Assembly (NCBI GenBank): GCA_032718475.1
Contig: JAUCBJ010004700.1
Location: forward strand, 1 to 42,934
Reading direction: 5' to 3'
Origin: Nemertoderma westbladi
Lineage: Eukaryota; Animalia; Xenacoelomorpha
DNA: 42,934 nucleotides
Under the pieces are notes generated by a model. That model saw only the letters and a program-made list of their open reading frames with translations. It did no database searches and was not told the origin of the DNA. Position 1 is the first letter of the stretch, and each line of letters begins with the position of its first letter. Shown here piece by piece: positions 24,046-35,870 of this stretch. A program made the translations under genes and the position numbers.

Positions 24046-25004
24046 TGCACCATTCTTGTTCATAATTGTTGTTGACTATGTTCTACGCATGTCCTTAGAT
24101 CATCATAATGATGATGGGGTGATGATAACTCCACCTACTGGCTCCAGAAGTCGAGGAAATCCTGCCAAGTACCTAACTGATCTAGACTTTGCTGATGACT
24201 TAGGAGTACTCTCAGAATCACTAGAGGGAGCCCAACGGCTCCCCAGCTCATTAGAACATGCTGCTTCTAGTGTTGGTCTTTTTATTAACTCCAGAAAGAC
24301 CAACATTTTGACAGTTAACTTTGAAAGTCCTCAGCAAGTCTCTGATCGGATGAGCATAAGCTCAAAAGATGGTATGCTTGGTATGAGTATGTGGATGACT
24401 TCTGTTACCTGGGATCATGGATCCGGAAGTCAGGTGAGGACCTTCGAATACGTAAGGGAAAGGCATGGGCAGCCTTGAATAGGCTTTCCAGGATTTGGAA
24501 GTCACCGAGAATTAATCGGAAACTTAAGGTCCGATTATTTAGAGCAGCAGTAGTTCTAGTACTCCTCTATGGGAGTCCATGCTGGGCTCTAACTGCTGAG
24601 GACACCAAATCTCTGGATGGCACATCCACAAGAATGCTACGCCGGGTTCAATGTGTCAAGTACAATGCACACATCTCCAACCAGACACTATATAACATTG
24701 GAGGTGTCTCATTGGTTCCCCCAAGCTTGACACTAGAACAAAATCGCCTCCGCTTTGCAGGACATTGCTTTCGCCGTGAGGACCAGCCAGTGCTTAATCT
24801 TGTACTTTGGCAGCCTCATGGAGTGAATAAGCATGGTGGACAGCCCATGACTTTCTTGAGACGCATCTTAAAGGACACTGGCCTTGAAGATGCGGATGAT
24901 CTAGCAAATGTCATGGGTGATAGGGAGTTGTGGCGGTGCAATTTTGTCGATAAGCCGGCACAGCATTCTTAAAAATGCAGCTGCAATGCAGCTTGCCGAT
25001 CCTA
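24046..25004 (+). mobile_element. 5'-truncated RTE-clade non-LTR retrotransposon (RT C-terminal part, frameshifted)
   Basis: APFLFIIVVDY, DLDFADD, GLFIN..KT, FCYLGS, KVRLFRA..LLYGS..W, RLRFAGH. Confidence 0.88.
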
Positions 25005-25009
25005 TGTGT

Positions 25010-25325
25010 ATCTTTTTTAGAATGAACTGAACATGTTTAAGAAAAGATAGTTTAGAATCAATAATAATTCCTAAGTATTTAGTGGCATTGACCTGTCTGA
25101 TAGCCTTGGTATTATTTATCGATAGATTAGAAAGTAAGGGAGGTATTCTAGTGTTAGAAAATGTTGTATATTCAATCTTTTCGAAGTTGAGAGATAGTTA
25201 TTACCTGTTAGCCAATCAGAGAGATGAGCAGCTTCGGAGTTAATAGAGTTGATTAGAGGAAGAAGCTGCCCATGACGCATAAGGGTTGAGTCGTCAGCAA
25301 ACAGGGTAACCAAGGAAGAAGTGCA
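25010..25325 (-). mobile_element. Degraded CR1/L2-type LINE RT fragment
   Basis: LFADDSTL...WL..N followed in a shifted frame by KYLGIIIDSKLSFLKHV. Confidence 0.7.
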
Positions 25326-25681
25326 ATAGGGATGGTGCGCGAAAAAATTGTTAGGCTAGAAAAAATCGAATAAGGGGTAACAAGGTGCTCTGAATCGAGT
25401 GGCGGGGTGTGGTTTTTGTAAAAACACCAGGAAACGGTGAAAATGGCGGTTTTAAATAAGCTCGGGAAGCCAATTTTGAAAATCGGCTGTGATTGGCTGC
25501 TACATATTTGACGTCTTTACGCAGTGATCTGATACTTTTTATATTGGTTTCTATGGAGGGTGAGTTTAGATCCATTGAAATACACATTTAAGAAATACTA
25601 TTAACGATATACATTATTACATGGAGGAATCTATAGTGTAATAATGACATAGGTTCCATATTACATATGACATAGGACGAA

Positions 25682-25993
25682 GGTTCCACCTCGGTGTAGT
25701 GGTTGCATTGAATTCACATCTCCCGTAGGTCGTGGGCTCGATCCTCACATGGGCCAGGGCAGTTTCCGTTTCGGCACGAATGCTTTAAAGGGACCAGCAG
25801 GGCGCATCTCTGCCTTGCATCCTTAAGTGGTAGCTAAATGAGTACTGGAGTTTCCTCTGGGGAGTAAAGTTCCGGGGGGACCGCACTGGGAATAAGTCGT
25901 CAGACTTTGTGCGTAATCCCTGGCCTAGTGGCCGACCAACCAGTGGCCCACTAGCGGCCTAGTGGCCGAAGAAAATAATTTACTTTTACTTTA
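25682..25993 (+). mobile_element. tRNA-derived SINE with a Deu/Nin-like central domain and TTTAC-type tail
   Basis: A-box-like TCGGTGTAGTGG (25691), B-box-like GGGCTCGATCC (25734), central CTCTGCCTTGCATCCTT...AAATGAGTACTGG...GGGGAGTAAAG, tail TTTACTTTTACTTTA. Confidence 0.7.
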
Positions 25994-26672
25994 TAGGTCG
26001 GTGTATAAAGCTAATTTTTAATCCCAGAATTAAACTTTGGGAATAAATTACACCATAAAATTATCACCATAAAAATAAAGTTCCACAAAAGATGTAGAAC
26101 ATAGTTATATAATGTTTTGAATAATAATAAATTAATGACAGACGTAATAGCGAAGTTTTGAAAACAAAACGAAACAACACCAAAGAGAAACACAACGAAT
26201 GGTAATGGTAAACGATTAGTTATTAAATGGCATATATAAATAAAATAATAATGAAATGTGTGAGTAACCATAGTGACCACATCAGGCTTCAAATAATACA
26301 AACAAAATCCAATCACCAGCTAAAATTTGCTTTTTAATTTGCACTGCACTATTTATATTATATTAGTGTAAAACGCGTAAGTGTTATTATGATAACGAAG
26401 GAACTGAATCACAAATATATAAATTGACTTTCGTAGCGCATAAAATGATATTTAATGCATAAATAATTAGTTATCATGGAAAATGGCACCTTCAATTAAG
26501 TAGAGGTAACAAGTAAATTAGCATTTTATATATACAATCTAATTATGTAATTATAATCAATTCGTTTAATTTATTAATTAAAGGAAATTAGGGGATATCA
26601 CACTAGAGGCGTAACTTTTTCATGGCTCTAGTTGGCCTCGCAGGTTACAAGAGTGGCGGCCCAAACCCTAAT

Positions 26673-28460
26673 TACTACTACTATTAGGATCGGTATGCTG
26701 CATTGCAGCTGCATTATATATATATATTACATATATATTCAGAATGATGTGCCGGCTTGTCGACAAAATTGCGCCGCCACAACTCCCTACCACCCATGGC
26801 ATTTGCTAAATCATCCGCATCTTCAAGGCCAGTGTCCTTTAAGATGCGTCTCAAGAAAGTCATGGGCTGTCCACCATGCTTATTCACTCCATGAGGCTGC
26901 CAAAGTACAAGATTATGCAATGGCTGGTTCTCCTGACGAAAGCAATGTCCTGCAAAGCGGATGCGGCTTTGTTCTAGTGTTAAGCTTGAGGGAACCAATG
27001 AGACACCTCCAATGTTATATAGTGTCTGGTTGGAGATGTGTGCATTGTACTTGACACAATGAACCCGGCGTAGCATTCTTGTAAATGTGCCATCCAGAGA
27101 TTTGGTGTCCTCAGCAGTTAGAGCCCAGCATGGACTCCCGTAGAGGAGTACTGGAACTACTGCTGCTCTAAATAATCGGACCTTAAGTTTCCGATTAATT
27201 CTCGGTGACTTCCAAATCCTGGAAAGCCTATTCAAGGTTGCCCATGCCTTTCCCTTACGTATTCGAAGGTCCTCACCTGACTTCCGGATCCATGATCCCA
27301 GGTAACAGAAGTCGTCCACATGCCCAAACATACCATCCTTTGAGCTTATGCTCATCCGATCAGAGACTTGCTGAGGACTTTCAAAGTTAACTGTCAAAAT
27401 TTTGGTCTTTTTGGAGTTAATAAAAAGACCAACACTAGAAGCAGCATGTTCTAATGAGCTGAGGAGCCGTTGGGCTCCCTCTAGTGATTCCGAAGTTATC
27501 AGCAAAGTCTAGATCAGTTAGGTACTTGGCAGGATTTCCTCGACTTCTGGAGCCAGTTGTAGGTGAACTTATCATCACACAATCATCATTATGATGATCT
27601 AAGGACATGCGTAGAACATAGTCAACCACAATAATGAACAAGAATGGTGCAAGTGTGTCTCCTTGGAGGACGCCCCATAACGGTTCTGTATATGTGGTTC
27701 TTAATAACAGAACCATAAATGGTTCTGTGTCACCGTCAACAGTAGACACAAATGTTGTCGAACCATCGTATATCGGATTGCTGCAATAATTTCATCAGGA
27801 ATCCCATATAATGAAAGTATGCTGAACATACGTGAGCGAGAGACTGAATCAAAGCCTTTGAAGAAGTCAAGAAAGATAACAGCCAGATGCCTGTCTTTCT
27901 TTTTTGATAACTCTTCAATTATCCTTCTAAGTGCCAAAATGGATTCCATGGTCCCACGACCTTTACGGAACCCATTCTGATTTCCACGGAGCAGTCTCTC
28001 AATGGGATCCTTGATGCGATTTAATAGAATTCTATTGTATAGTTTTGCAGCAATCGAGATCAATGAGATTCCCCGAAAAGAACCATAGATTGTTAGGTTG
28101 CCCTTCTTGGGAACTGGCACCAACTTATTTGTTTACATTTCTTGTGGGACTCTTGTTGTTCGGTACATGTCTACTATGATGGGATAGATGGGCTTTAAAC
28201 ACTCAGGTATTTTAAAGACCTCAGGGGGAACACCATCTACTCCACTGGCACGATTGGTCTTAATGCTCTTTGCAGCAGCCTTCACTTCTGCAAACGAGAT
28301 ATCGCCAATGGGAATATCTGGGAGTACAGACAATACCAGGTTATCAGGCAATACCCTGTCATTATTGGGGAGCTTTTGAAAGTGGGCCTTCCAACCATTG
28401 AGGCGATCGGCTGGTGATTCTGCCTTAACCTTTGGCGGTTGGTTGGCTTTTCCACCCAGT
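26673..28460 (-). mobile_element. Longer 5'-truncated copy of the same RTE-clade LINE, several frameshifts, (TAG)n tail
   Basis: ASGVDGVPPE, PVPKKGNL..FRGISL, NQNGFRKGR, FLDF.KGFDSV, GVLQGDTLAPFLF, DFAD; nearly identical to 24046-25004 in reverse. Confidence 0.9.
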
Positions 28461-28953
28461 AAGCAAGTTGATCGATTTCCCGCGAAACCCGAATTAAAGC
28501 AGTAATTGAACCCTAACCCTAAGTCATTAGACTCTAATCTAAGAAATTTTGTGGAATTTCGGACTTCTTGATATTGGCCCGAAGGGCCAATGGTAATGTT
28601 ACTATTGGAAATTACTATTGGCCCTATGACTTATGGTTAAATTACAACGTTTATTATATTTACAAACCCTAACCTACAAAACACCCCAATAACCAAGTCA
28701 TTAAGTAACCAAAGACAGCTAAGTAAAAATAATTCTGTATGTTTTCCATAGGCCTATAAAAAGTGACGCGTGCAGTGTGATAGAGCCGGAAATTAATTAC
28801 CCCAAACGGCAACGGTCAGAAAAAACTGATAAATTATTTAGTTTTATGGAATATTTCGAACAAAATTATTGTTGTTCCTATTAATGAAGTAATAAATTGA
28901 GGGGAAATTATCCGTATATTGTATTACAAATTTATAGGAATTAAATAAAAAAA

Positions 28954-31900
28954 TTATGTTGAATTTTTGCGTTTCGGTTTCTTTTTCGTAGTTTTGGGTT
29001 CAAATAAACCCAACAATCTCTTTGCATTTTCTTCGCTTTGTGAATCGTGTGGTTGATGCCGGGGTTTCCACCCCTTCCAACCCAGTTTCCTGCTAATAGC
29101 CTGCGTAAGTAAATCACCCCGAATATCTTTCTTTACGGCCGAAGCGAAATCAATCCATCTCCACGTCTTACTGTGGTAAGTTAATGTTGGCACCTCGAGG
29201 ATTATGTTCTCAATATCCTCGATATTTCTTTCGCCTTTGTAACTTACAATCAGAGGCACAGCCGGTATTGTGATGTTCTGGAACATATGGTTTTTAGCAG
29301 CTCGTAAAGTCATTTTCTCTACATCAGTGGTAGTCTTAGTTTCCATGGCAGTGGTTTGTTTTTGTTGTCGCATGCGTTTCCGCGATGGCTTTGTATCTTC
29401 CACACTCATGGTGGTTGATACAGCGCCACTGGAAGCGATAGACACATCGTCACCACTGCGAATCGACATTGTATCAGAAGTGTCATTATCGGAATCAAAA
29501 GGAGAATCAGGACTCAATGGAGTTTTATGGAAGAAGTAAGCCCATAACTTACGGTAGAAGTTGTACTCGATTTGAAGTACCAATGGCATAACGTTTATTT
29601 CAAAATGTTCCTTCACAGAGATTCCCCCTACATTAGGCATCTGTTTGCAATAGACCCGCAGTCCAGTAGAGCCACTACCTGGGTTTTCATCCCTCGGCCT
29701 TAAAACCTGTTTATATGCTGAATTTGGCATTAAATTATTGATGAAAAAGCTACGAGTTTCAAATAGATGCGCCAGAGAGTCGTCTATGGTTGATGTTTTG
29801 CTGTAGGCAAAGTTATTGATGCAGAACTCCCCAATATCCAATTGGCCATCGTGGTCTGTGAGTTTCCATGTGGCTTTGGCGAATCGAATAGTGTTAGACC
29901 TTGTAGAATATATATCAGGCAATGGATGTAATTTGGTTTCTTCATTGTGCATGTACTCTTTGTAACAACCTATTGCTATATTTAATTCATCAGATATTTC
30001 TGAAATAGCTCGTTTTGTGGAATGCGATTGTGTTATCAGGTTGTCATAAGCATCCGAAAATTTAGCATCAAATGCATAACCTGACAAGTCACCCTGCAAA
30101 CGATATATCTCATTCTCTATCTGCGATGACATTCTAATTTTTTTCCTCAGTGAATTTTGCAGATCTGTAATATGTTTCTTTATATGCTTCAAACAGTTGC
30201 CTGTACTTCCCTCCATCAGCTGTAAATTGAATCTCAATTGTTGAGCTTTTTCATGTGCTGCCCTTTGTAATGGTTCAACATAAAGGACAATGTTGTTGAC
30301 AATTTCGACAATAAGTTGATACTGATGTGCATTGGTGCAGGCAAATATATCATTGTGAACTAAAGTAAAACAATCAGATGGTGGACCCGGTGTGTTATCT
30401 GTGGGACTAAGTGGATGAGAACCAATTGAAGCATAGCAGCTATCTGGACGAGGGGGTATTGGAACGGATATATCGATATGTTGTGAGTAACTTGTATAGA
30501 ATGCTTGGCAAGAACAACGTGATACAATTCTTTGCAATGGGCCAAGGCTTTCCCGCTCTGGGTTGACAAATCCACCAACCCCTTCACTAAATCCAGTGTT
30601 TTCCCTCTCTCTCACAGATACGGTATTCAGCCACGGCATGGCATCGGCATTTGTACTTTTGCCAACTGAGGCAAAATATTGTAAACCAGAAAATTTCCCC
30701 ACCCAGCTTACTTTACCATATGGTCTTTTGTCTTTCCACACTGGAATATGGGTTTGACGCAAAATTCGAGCTGATGCAACAGCCAAGAGTAGGCAACCAC
30801 TACATTCATCCGGAGAAAAACAAACCTGACTATTGCTAATTTCAATTAACCAGTTACATTGTGAAACATCATCATCATTAACTGACAACCGAGATAATGG
30901 TGCATTTCCACTGTCATCATCTTCACAAAATCCCATAAACTTAGAGGGAACATCATCAAGCAACCTTTGAAGCATTCCAATATTCTCACTTATTTCATCA
31001 GTAGCCATAGAGGTACGACTTTTACATTCACTGTAACTAGAAATATCAACATCCAATTTGGCCAACTTCAAGGCATCTACACTCAGGTTATGCTTCATGC
31101 TTTGAGTTCTTGAATATACGTCATATATTTTGAATACGAGTGATCTATTCCAAGAATTCCAATGTAAACAAATATCATTTAGTATAAACTTATGAGAAGG
31201 TTTTAAGTCTAATGAATGAACATCTTCAATGTCAAATGATACACCTCCATCGAGTGTTTCTCTGTTATACTGAAACTGCTTTAAAGTAAATAGAAATCGC
31301 TTTTCTTGATTAAGATCATAGCTTTCATTATGAAGATCCATACAGATGTCATCAAGGTTGATGGAATGCTTTTCTATTTTAGTAACAGGGAATTGTTTAC
31401 GTTTCAGATCATCATTCCATTCACGGTATTCCTTAGACAATGTTGCATCAAATTGTAACAATTTAACTGTGGCCTCTAAACCATTATATTGTGAAGATGA
31501 CAGCCAGTACTGTACATCAAGTTTCGGAACTGTTGCTGTAATGTGCCATCTTTTTATAATTTGACCCAGTGAAACTTTACTTTGCTTCAATGTATGGTAA
31601 ATAGGGCCACGTTTAATTGGTCTAGATGTTGATGTTACTAAACCTCGAAATACATCCAACCATTTTAATGTTGAACTGAAAAAGCAAGATGTTGAGATTT
31701 CAGCAGAATTGCCTGAACTAAAACTAATTGAAACCGTTAAGGCCTGACTTCTAAATAATGCATATGAGTCATGTATTTGTTCATTGTGAGAATATGGGAC
31801 TTTATCAGGAGCACAGGGGTATACTGAATGGTGATCATTTGGATTTCCATGTGCTGTACTCCATTGCATTTCAATAACCAAGTTTAAGTTTGGCATATTA

Positions 31901-34900
31901 AAGAGTTTGCAATCATCACAGTGAGATGCTGTTTTAACAGATATGTCAATACCACATTCAACTGTGTACCTCGCATTTGACCATAACGATTTTGCATCAT
32001 TCATATGTATGACAAGCATCTCATCCTTCTCATATGGAACTAAACTAGCTAATGCAGCCAACTCTAGTACTTTTGAAGTAATTTCCATTGATCCATGCAA
32101 AAGAAGACGCATTTTGTCATAAAAGCTAAGTGGTTGAGAAGGATCAACTGATGGCAGTATTATCAAATTCAAAACATTACTAATTTGTGAGATTATAGGA
32201 TCCCAGCACTGACCATATGATATTTTTATAATGTTGGCATCCATGATTAGCCCACTGTAAACCTTCAAAGGGACCATATTTCGCACAATTTCGATTGGAG
32301 CAAATGACCCACCAATTGTAATTAAAGATTCCCGTGTTGCCCTTTCAATAGGAGCTGCCTCTGCAAGCAATATTTTGCCCTTGCAACATACTCCTTCCAT
32401 GAATAATAATGGTTTTGGGAAGTCACGAAGAGTCACTGTAATTATACCCATAGTAGCAACTAGATACCTTGGTAAAAGTGTTGTAAATGCTTGCATGCTA
32501 TCCAAGGGGCTGTCACAATCCAACTCCTGTAATAATTTAATGGAATTTTCAACTCCAGAAAGGGAGCTGTCTGCTAAAGCAATTAAATTTATATTTGTTA
32601 CTTCTACATTCAGTATTGTTGGGGTATTTTTTACTATTCCATGATACATTTGCGACCTGTATGTATATATTCTGCTATTTTCTTCTTGTAGCTTCAAGCG
32701 AAGTGCATTTATTTTCGATATAGATAAAGCATCACCATACTGTTTTCTTAAGTATAGGATTTTTTCTTCCAAAAGATGATTCCTTTTAGTCGACTCTTTT
32801 TGCTCATCTTCCATTAATATATAATTTTCCCTTAGCCTTACCTCAAAGGGATCATCGGGTAATGTTAATTGAAGTTTATCAATCTTTAGATGCACATCAA
32901 GCATGATATTGTGTACTGCTCCAGGTGTAGTTTCAGAACGTTTTCTTAATAATTTTATGAGTTTTAAACAAGCCATCAATTCTGAGTGAGTTCTTGCAAA
33001 ATTATAACCATGCTCAAATGCAACATAAAAATGGCCTATATTAATTTCTAATGCCTTTGAAGCATTATGAAGTTCGGGAAATAAATTGCGTTCTGGCAGT
33101 GATTTGTTTAGAAGATTTAATTCGAGTTTGTTGATGATAATTTGTTCATAATCATCGAAACTAACTGAAAGTGATTTATTTTCATATTGAAACGATTTCT
33201 CAATTATATTAAAGGAACTATTTTTTACAACAATAGCAATTCTTGAGTGTCCAATTTGTCCAGATGTTTCTAAGTAAATACCTAAAATAGGCAACTTGGC
33301 ACAATAAGAAATTTGTTGACCATCAGATCTTTGTACATTGCTACCTTGAAGTATGTTGATTTGGTATTTGGAGAATATGGCCATCTTCTTGGCAAAATGA
33401 GTTAATGTCATATGTATCAAAGGAGACCATGTAATAATTATCTTGTCAGAGCTTGCATTCAGTGAAAACTTACTATCCCATAATTTAATATATATATCTA
33501 ACATGGTTGAAATCAATTTCCTTTCATTATCAAACATTAGTTCAACTTTAGTACCAAGTATTGATGTGGTCAATTGGTCAGATGTCTTATTTAAATGTAG
33601 TGTCTCCATATATAAGACAACAACTTCTGGTATATCATTACTGCAAAATGTAATTTTAGATTTTTCAACACTTAATTTTATTTCAGTGACATTCTGGCTA
33701 CTTGGTTCATTGTCTATTCCAGTATGTGATACTGAATGAAGGCTAAATTTATGTGGCTGTGAAGAAATACAAAGTAATGATTCATGTATAAAATCTAAAA
33801 GCTCATCAGAAATATTCAAATCAAATCCTGTGTCATGAAGATTAATGAACATACGTTTTTCATAATGACAATTATGAATTATTTTAATTAAAAGCGTTTC
33901 ATTTGTAAAACAGAGTAATGTTCTGTTGTCTTCATATACATTTTCACAGATTATATTGATGACTTCTAAACTAATATCTTTTGTTTTGGCTGCCAGTGTT
34001 GAATATTCAAAGTTTATTTTTCTGCAGATTACATTAATAAATGGATATTTAGTAATTATACCCGAAACAGTGGCATCATGGCAAGAACCTGATAACTGAA
34101 TTGAATTATCGAATTTACTTCCTTGAACAACATCTCTACGCCTACATGAATACAATATTTCATTGAGCTGTAGCTTGTCTTTTAAAACAACAAAGTATGT
34201 GCTTTCCCAACCCAAAACAGATTTACTAATATGTAGTTCAGGTGATTGTATATGAACACTTATCTTCAATTCTCGATTTTGGCTTTTAGTAAAACCAATC
34301 TTTAATTCTGCAAGTGTTCCACAATTTGACATCACATTGTCATCTATGAGATTGACATTAAATTTTGTGACCAGTATAGTAGAGTTACCATCTATTTGTT
34401 TTGCCATAGTCAATGATTGCAATGTGAAATTCAACATTCGTCTAATACCAGTACTTATAATGTTATTATATAGAGTCATCTGAAAATCGTCACAATCTAT
34501 GTGACACTTGTACCCATTTTTTATATTGTGGCGAGTTTTATTACACCAGGCTAAATCTACTAATAGCTTACTATATGCCATTGAAGCTATATCCTCAATT
34601 TCATCATGGAATTTAACTAAAATACTATCAACAGAAATGGCTATAGAGTGATTAATATAAGATGAGAAAATTAGCATCCTGGAAAAACATATATTGGAGA
34701 TAACATCTTTGTTTTCAAATATATGTTTCAGTTGCCCACTAACATTGGCGAAATGCAAGCAGCATAAAGTGGTCAACAGATTGATTAGTATGTACAATAT
34801 GAATGACATCATATTCTGCACCCATCGTCCATTACCAGTTGTAACTGATTGATCTTCCATTTCAGATGCATTGCGAGTTTCTTTTACATGGTAGGTTACT

Positions 34901-35175
34901 TTCATATTTTTTACTAAGAGCACCATTGGCCTATAATGGTGGCCAAATTTTATAATGCAAAAGGCTATACATAATTCATTAATTATCACTTTAACCTGAG
35001 AAGATTGAATAGAAACACCCTTTAAACATAAGAATCCAAAGCCATGTATATCCATTTCAATTACCTTTTTTCTTTGCAAGACATATTTCAATATACACCA
35101 TAAAAGTAAAGGTAGTAAATAACCACTAATGACTATCGCAGAAAGTATTAATATGATACATATAAACAATGACAT
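28954..35175 (-). CDS. BLTP2: Bridge-like lipid transfer protein family member 2 (KIAA0100/hobbit/Fmp27 orthologue), single open frame of 2073 aa
   Basis: N-terminal hydrophobic anchor; recognisable family motifs DDPFEVRLRENY, FYDKMRLLLHG, GISVKEHFEINV.PL, DVEKM..RA, VSYKG, TLTYH..TW.W.DF; size matches the family. Confidence 0.9.
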   Translation of the reverse strand: MSLFICIILILSAIVISGYLLPLLLWCILKYVLQRKKVIEMDIHGFGFLCLKGVSIQSSQVKVIINELCIAFCIIKFGHHYRPMVLLVKNMKVTYHVKETRNASEMEDQSVTTGNGRWVQNMMSFILYILINLLTTLCCLHFANVSGQLKHIFENKDVISNICFSRMLIFSSYINHSIAISVDSILVKFHDEIEDIASMAYSKLLVDLAWCNKTRHNIKNGYKCHIDCDDFQMTLYNNIISTGIRRMLNFTLQSLTMAKQIDGNSTILVTKFNVNLIDDNVMSNCGTLAELKIGFTKSQNRELKISVHIQSPELHISKSVLGWESTYFVVLKDKLQLNEILYSCRRRDVVQGSKFDNSIQLSGSCHDATVSGIITKYPFINVICRKINFEYSTLAAKTKDISLEVINIICENVYEDNRTLLCFTNETLLIKIIHNCHYEKRMFINLHDTGFDLNISDELLDFIHESLLCISSQPHKFSLHSVSHTGIDNEPSSQNVTEIKLSVEKSKITFCSNDIPEVVVLYMETLHLNKTSDQLTTSILGTKVELMFDNERKLISTMLDIYIKLWDSKFSLNASSDKIIITWSPLIHMTLTHFAKKMAIFSKYQINILQGSNVQRSDGQQISYCAKLPILGIYLETSGQIGHSRIAIVVKNSSFNIIEKSFQYENKSLSVSFDDYEQIIINKLELNLLNKSLPERNLFPELHNASKALEINIGHFYVAFEHGYNFARTHSELMACLKLIKLLRKRSETTPGAVHNIMLDVHLKIDKLQLTLPDDPFEVRLRENYILMEDEQKESTKRNHLLEEKILYLRKQYGDALSISKINALRLKLQEENSRIYTYRSQMYHGIVKNTPTILNVEVTNINLIALADSSLSGVENSIKLLQELDCDSPLDSMQAFTTLLPRYLVATMGIITVTLRDFPKPLLFMEGVCCKGKILLAEAAPIERATRESLITIGGSFAPIEIVRNMVPLKVYSGLIMDANIIKISYGQCWDPIISQISNVLNLIILPSVDPSQPLSFYDKMRLLLHGSMEITSKVLELAALASLVPYEKDEMLVIHMNDAKSLWSNARYTVECGIDISVKTASHCDDCKLFNMPNLNLVIEMQWSTAHGNPNDHHSVYPCAPDKVPYSHNEQIHDSYALFRSQALTVSISFSSGNSAEISTSCFFSSTLKWLDVFRGLVTSTSRPIKRGPIYHTLKQSKVSLGQIIKRWHITATVPKLDVQYWLSSSQYNGLEATVKLLQFDATLSKEYREWNDDLKRKQFPVTKIEKHSINLDDICMDLHNESYDLNQEKRFLFTLKQFQYNRETLDGGVSFDIEDVHSLDLKPSHKFILNDICLHWNSWNRSLVFKIYDVYSRTQSMKHNLSVDALKLAKLDVDISSYSECKSRTSMATDEISENIGMLQRLLDDVPSKFMGFCEDDDSGNAPLSRLSVNDDDVSQCNWLIEISNSQVCFSPDECSGCLLLAVASARILRQTHIPVWKDKRPYGKVSWVGKFSGLQYFASVGKSTNADAMPWLNTVSVRERENTGFSEGVGGFVNPERESLGPLQRIVSRCSCQAFYTSYSQHIDISVPIPPRPDSCYASIGSHPLSPTDNTPGPPSDCFTLVHNDIFACTNAHQYQLIVEIVNNIVLYVEPLQRAAHEKAQQLRFNLQLMEGSTGNCLKHIKKHITDLQNSLRKKIRMSSQIENEIYRLQGDLSGYAFDAKFSDAYDNLITQSHSTKRAISEISDELNIAIGCYKEYMHNEETKLHPLPDIYSTRSNTIRFAKATWKLTDHDGQLDIGEFCINNFAYSKTSTIDDSLAHLFETRSFFINNLMPNSAYKQVLRPRDENPGSGSTGLRVYCKQMPNVGGISVKEHFEINVMPLVLQIEYNFYRKLWAYFFHKTPLSPDSPFDSDNDTSDTMSIRSGDDVSIASSGAVSTTMSVEDTKPSRKRMRQQKQTTAMETKTTTDVEKMTLRAAKNHMFQNITIPAVPLIVSYKGERNIEDIENIILEVPTLTYHSKTWRWIDFASAVKKDIRGDLLTQAISRKLGWKGWKPRHQPHDSQSEENAKRLLGLFEPKTTKKKPKRKNST

Positions 35176-35735
35176 ATTTGTAGAGGTTCAACAACAACAA
35201 CTGGCTTCCAAATTATTAGTCTTGTTGTTGGTCGGTGACGATAAATAAAATAAATAGTTTAGTAATCGCAACTGTATTAGACTATAATTATACCGGTAGT
35301 AGCATGACTTTAAATATTAGTCTTACAGGTAGTTAGGCCCAATGAATAAAACATAAAGAAAGATAAACCTACTCCTACCTACTTGACCTACTGATAGACC
35401 TAATGGCAATCATAAATAAATATAATGGCTGAATAATTTATATATACACAAATCAAATCATACCTATATGTTACAGTGTTATGTAATTATGTATATGTAT
35501 AATGCAAGAAATCCATACTGACATATATACGCTTATTGCACCCTGTAAAAAACTTGATACCGGTATATAGTGCAGTAGGATAGTTAACAATCTGCACCAG
35601 GCTGTCAGGCAGCCAGGTTAAAAACAATATGATTTAATTAATTGCATTAACATTAAAACTACTTAGCTGCTTAGATGCTTTACTACTGTACTACTTAGAA
35701 AGATTTAAAATAAAAAATAGTGGAAACTGCTAACA

Positions 35736-35870
35736 TACTACTACTACTACTACTAGGTCGAGCGAACTCAGACAGTGGAAATGAGATCCTTCCAGGCTTC
35801 CTGATTCTCCATAGTTGTCGCAATTTCGTTTCTCCCAAGTTCAGCATCCCTTTCAAGTTGATCTATAGGC
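35736..35870 (-). mobile_element. Short 3' end of a second RTE-like LINE family with a (TAG)n tail
   Basis: Minus strand reads IDQLERDAELGRNEIATTMENQEAWKDLI, similar to RTE C-termini, then ...CGCTCGACC(TAG)n. Confidence 0.55.

Noticed and set aside
25691-25760. Functional tRNA gene
   Set aside because: A/B boxes are present but there is no proper cloverleaf, and the sequence continues into a SINE body.
28509-28680. Telomeric CCCTAA repeats and the hairpin ATTGGCCC-GAA-GGGCCAAT
   Set aside because: Only two tandem copies are present. This is more likely an internal piece of a small non-autonomous element whose ends could not be defined.
29270-33739. Short ORFs overlapping BLTP2
   Set aside because: Antisense or alternate-frame shadows with no recognisable motifs.
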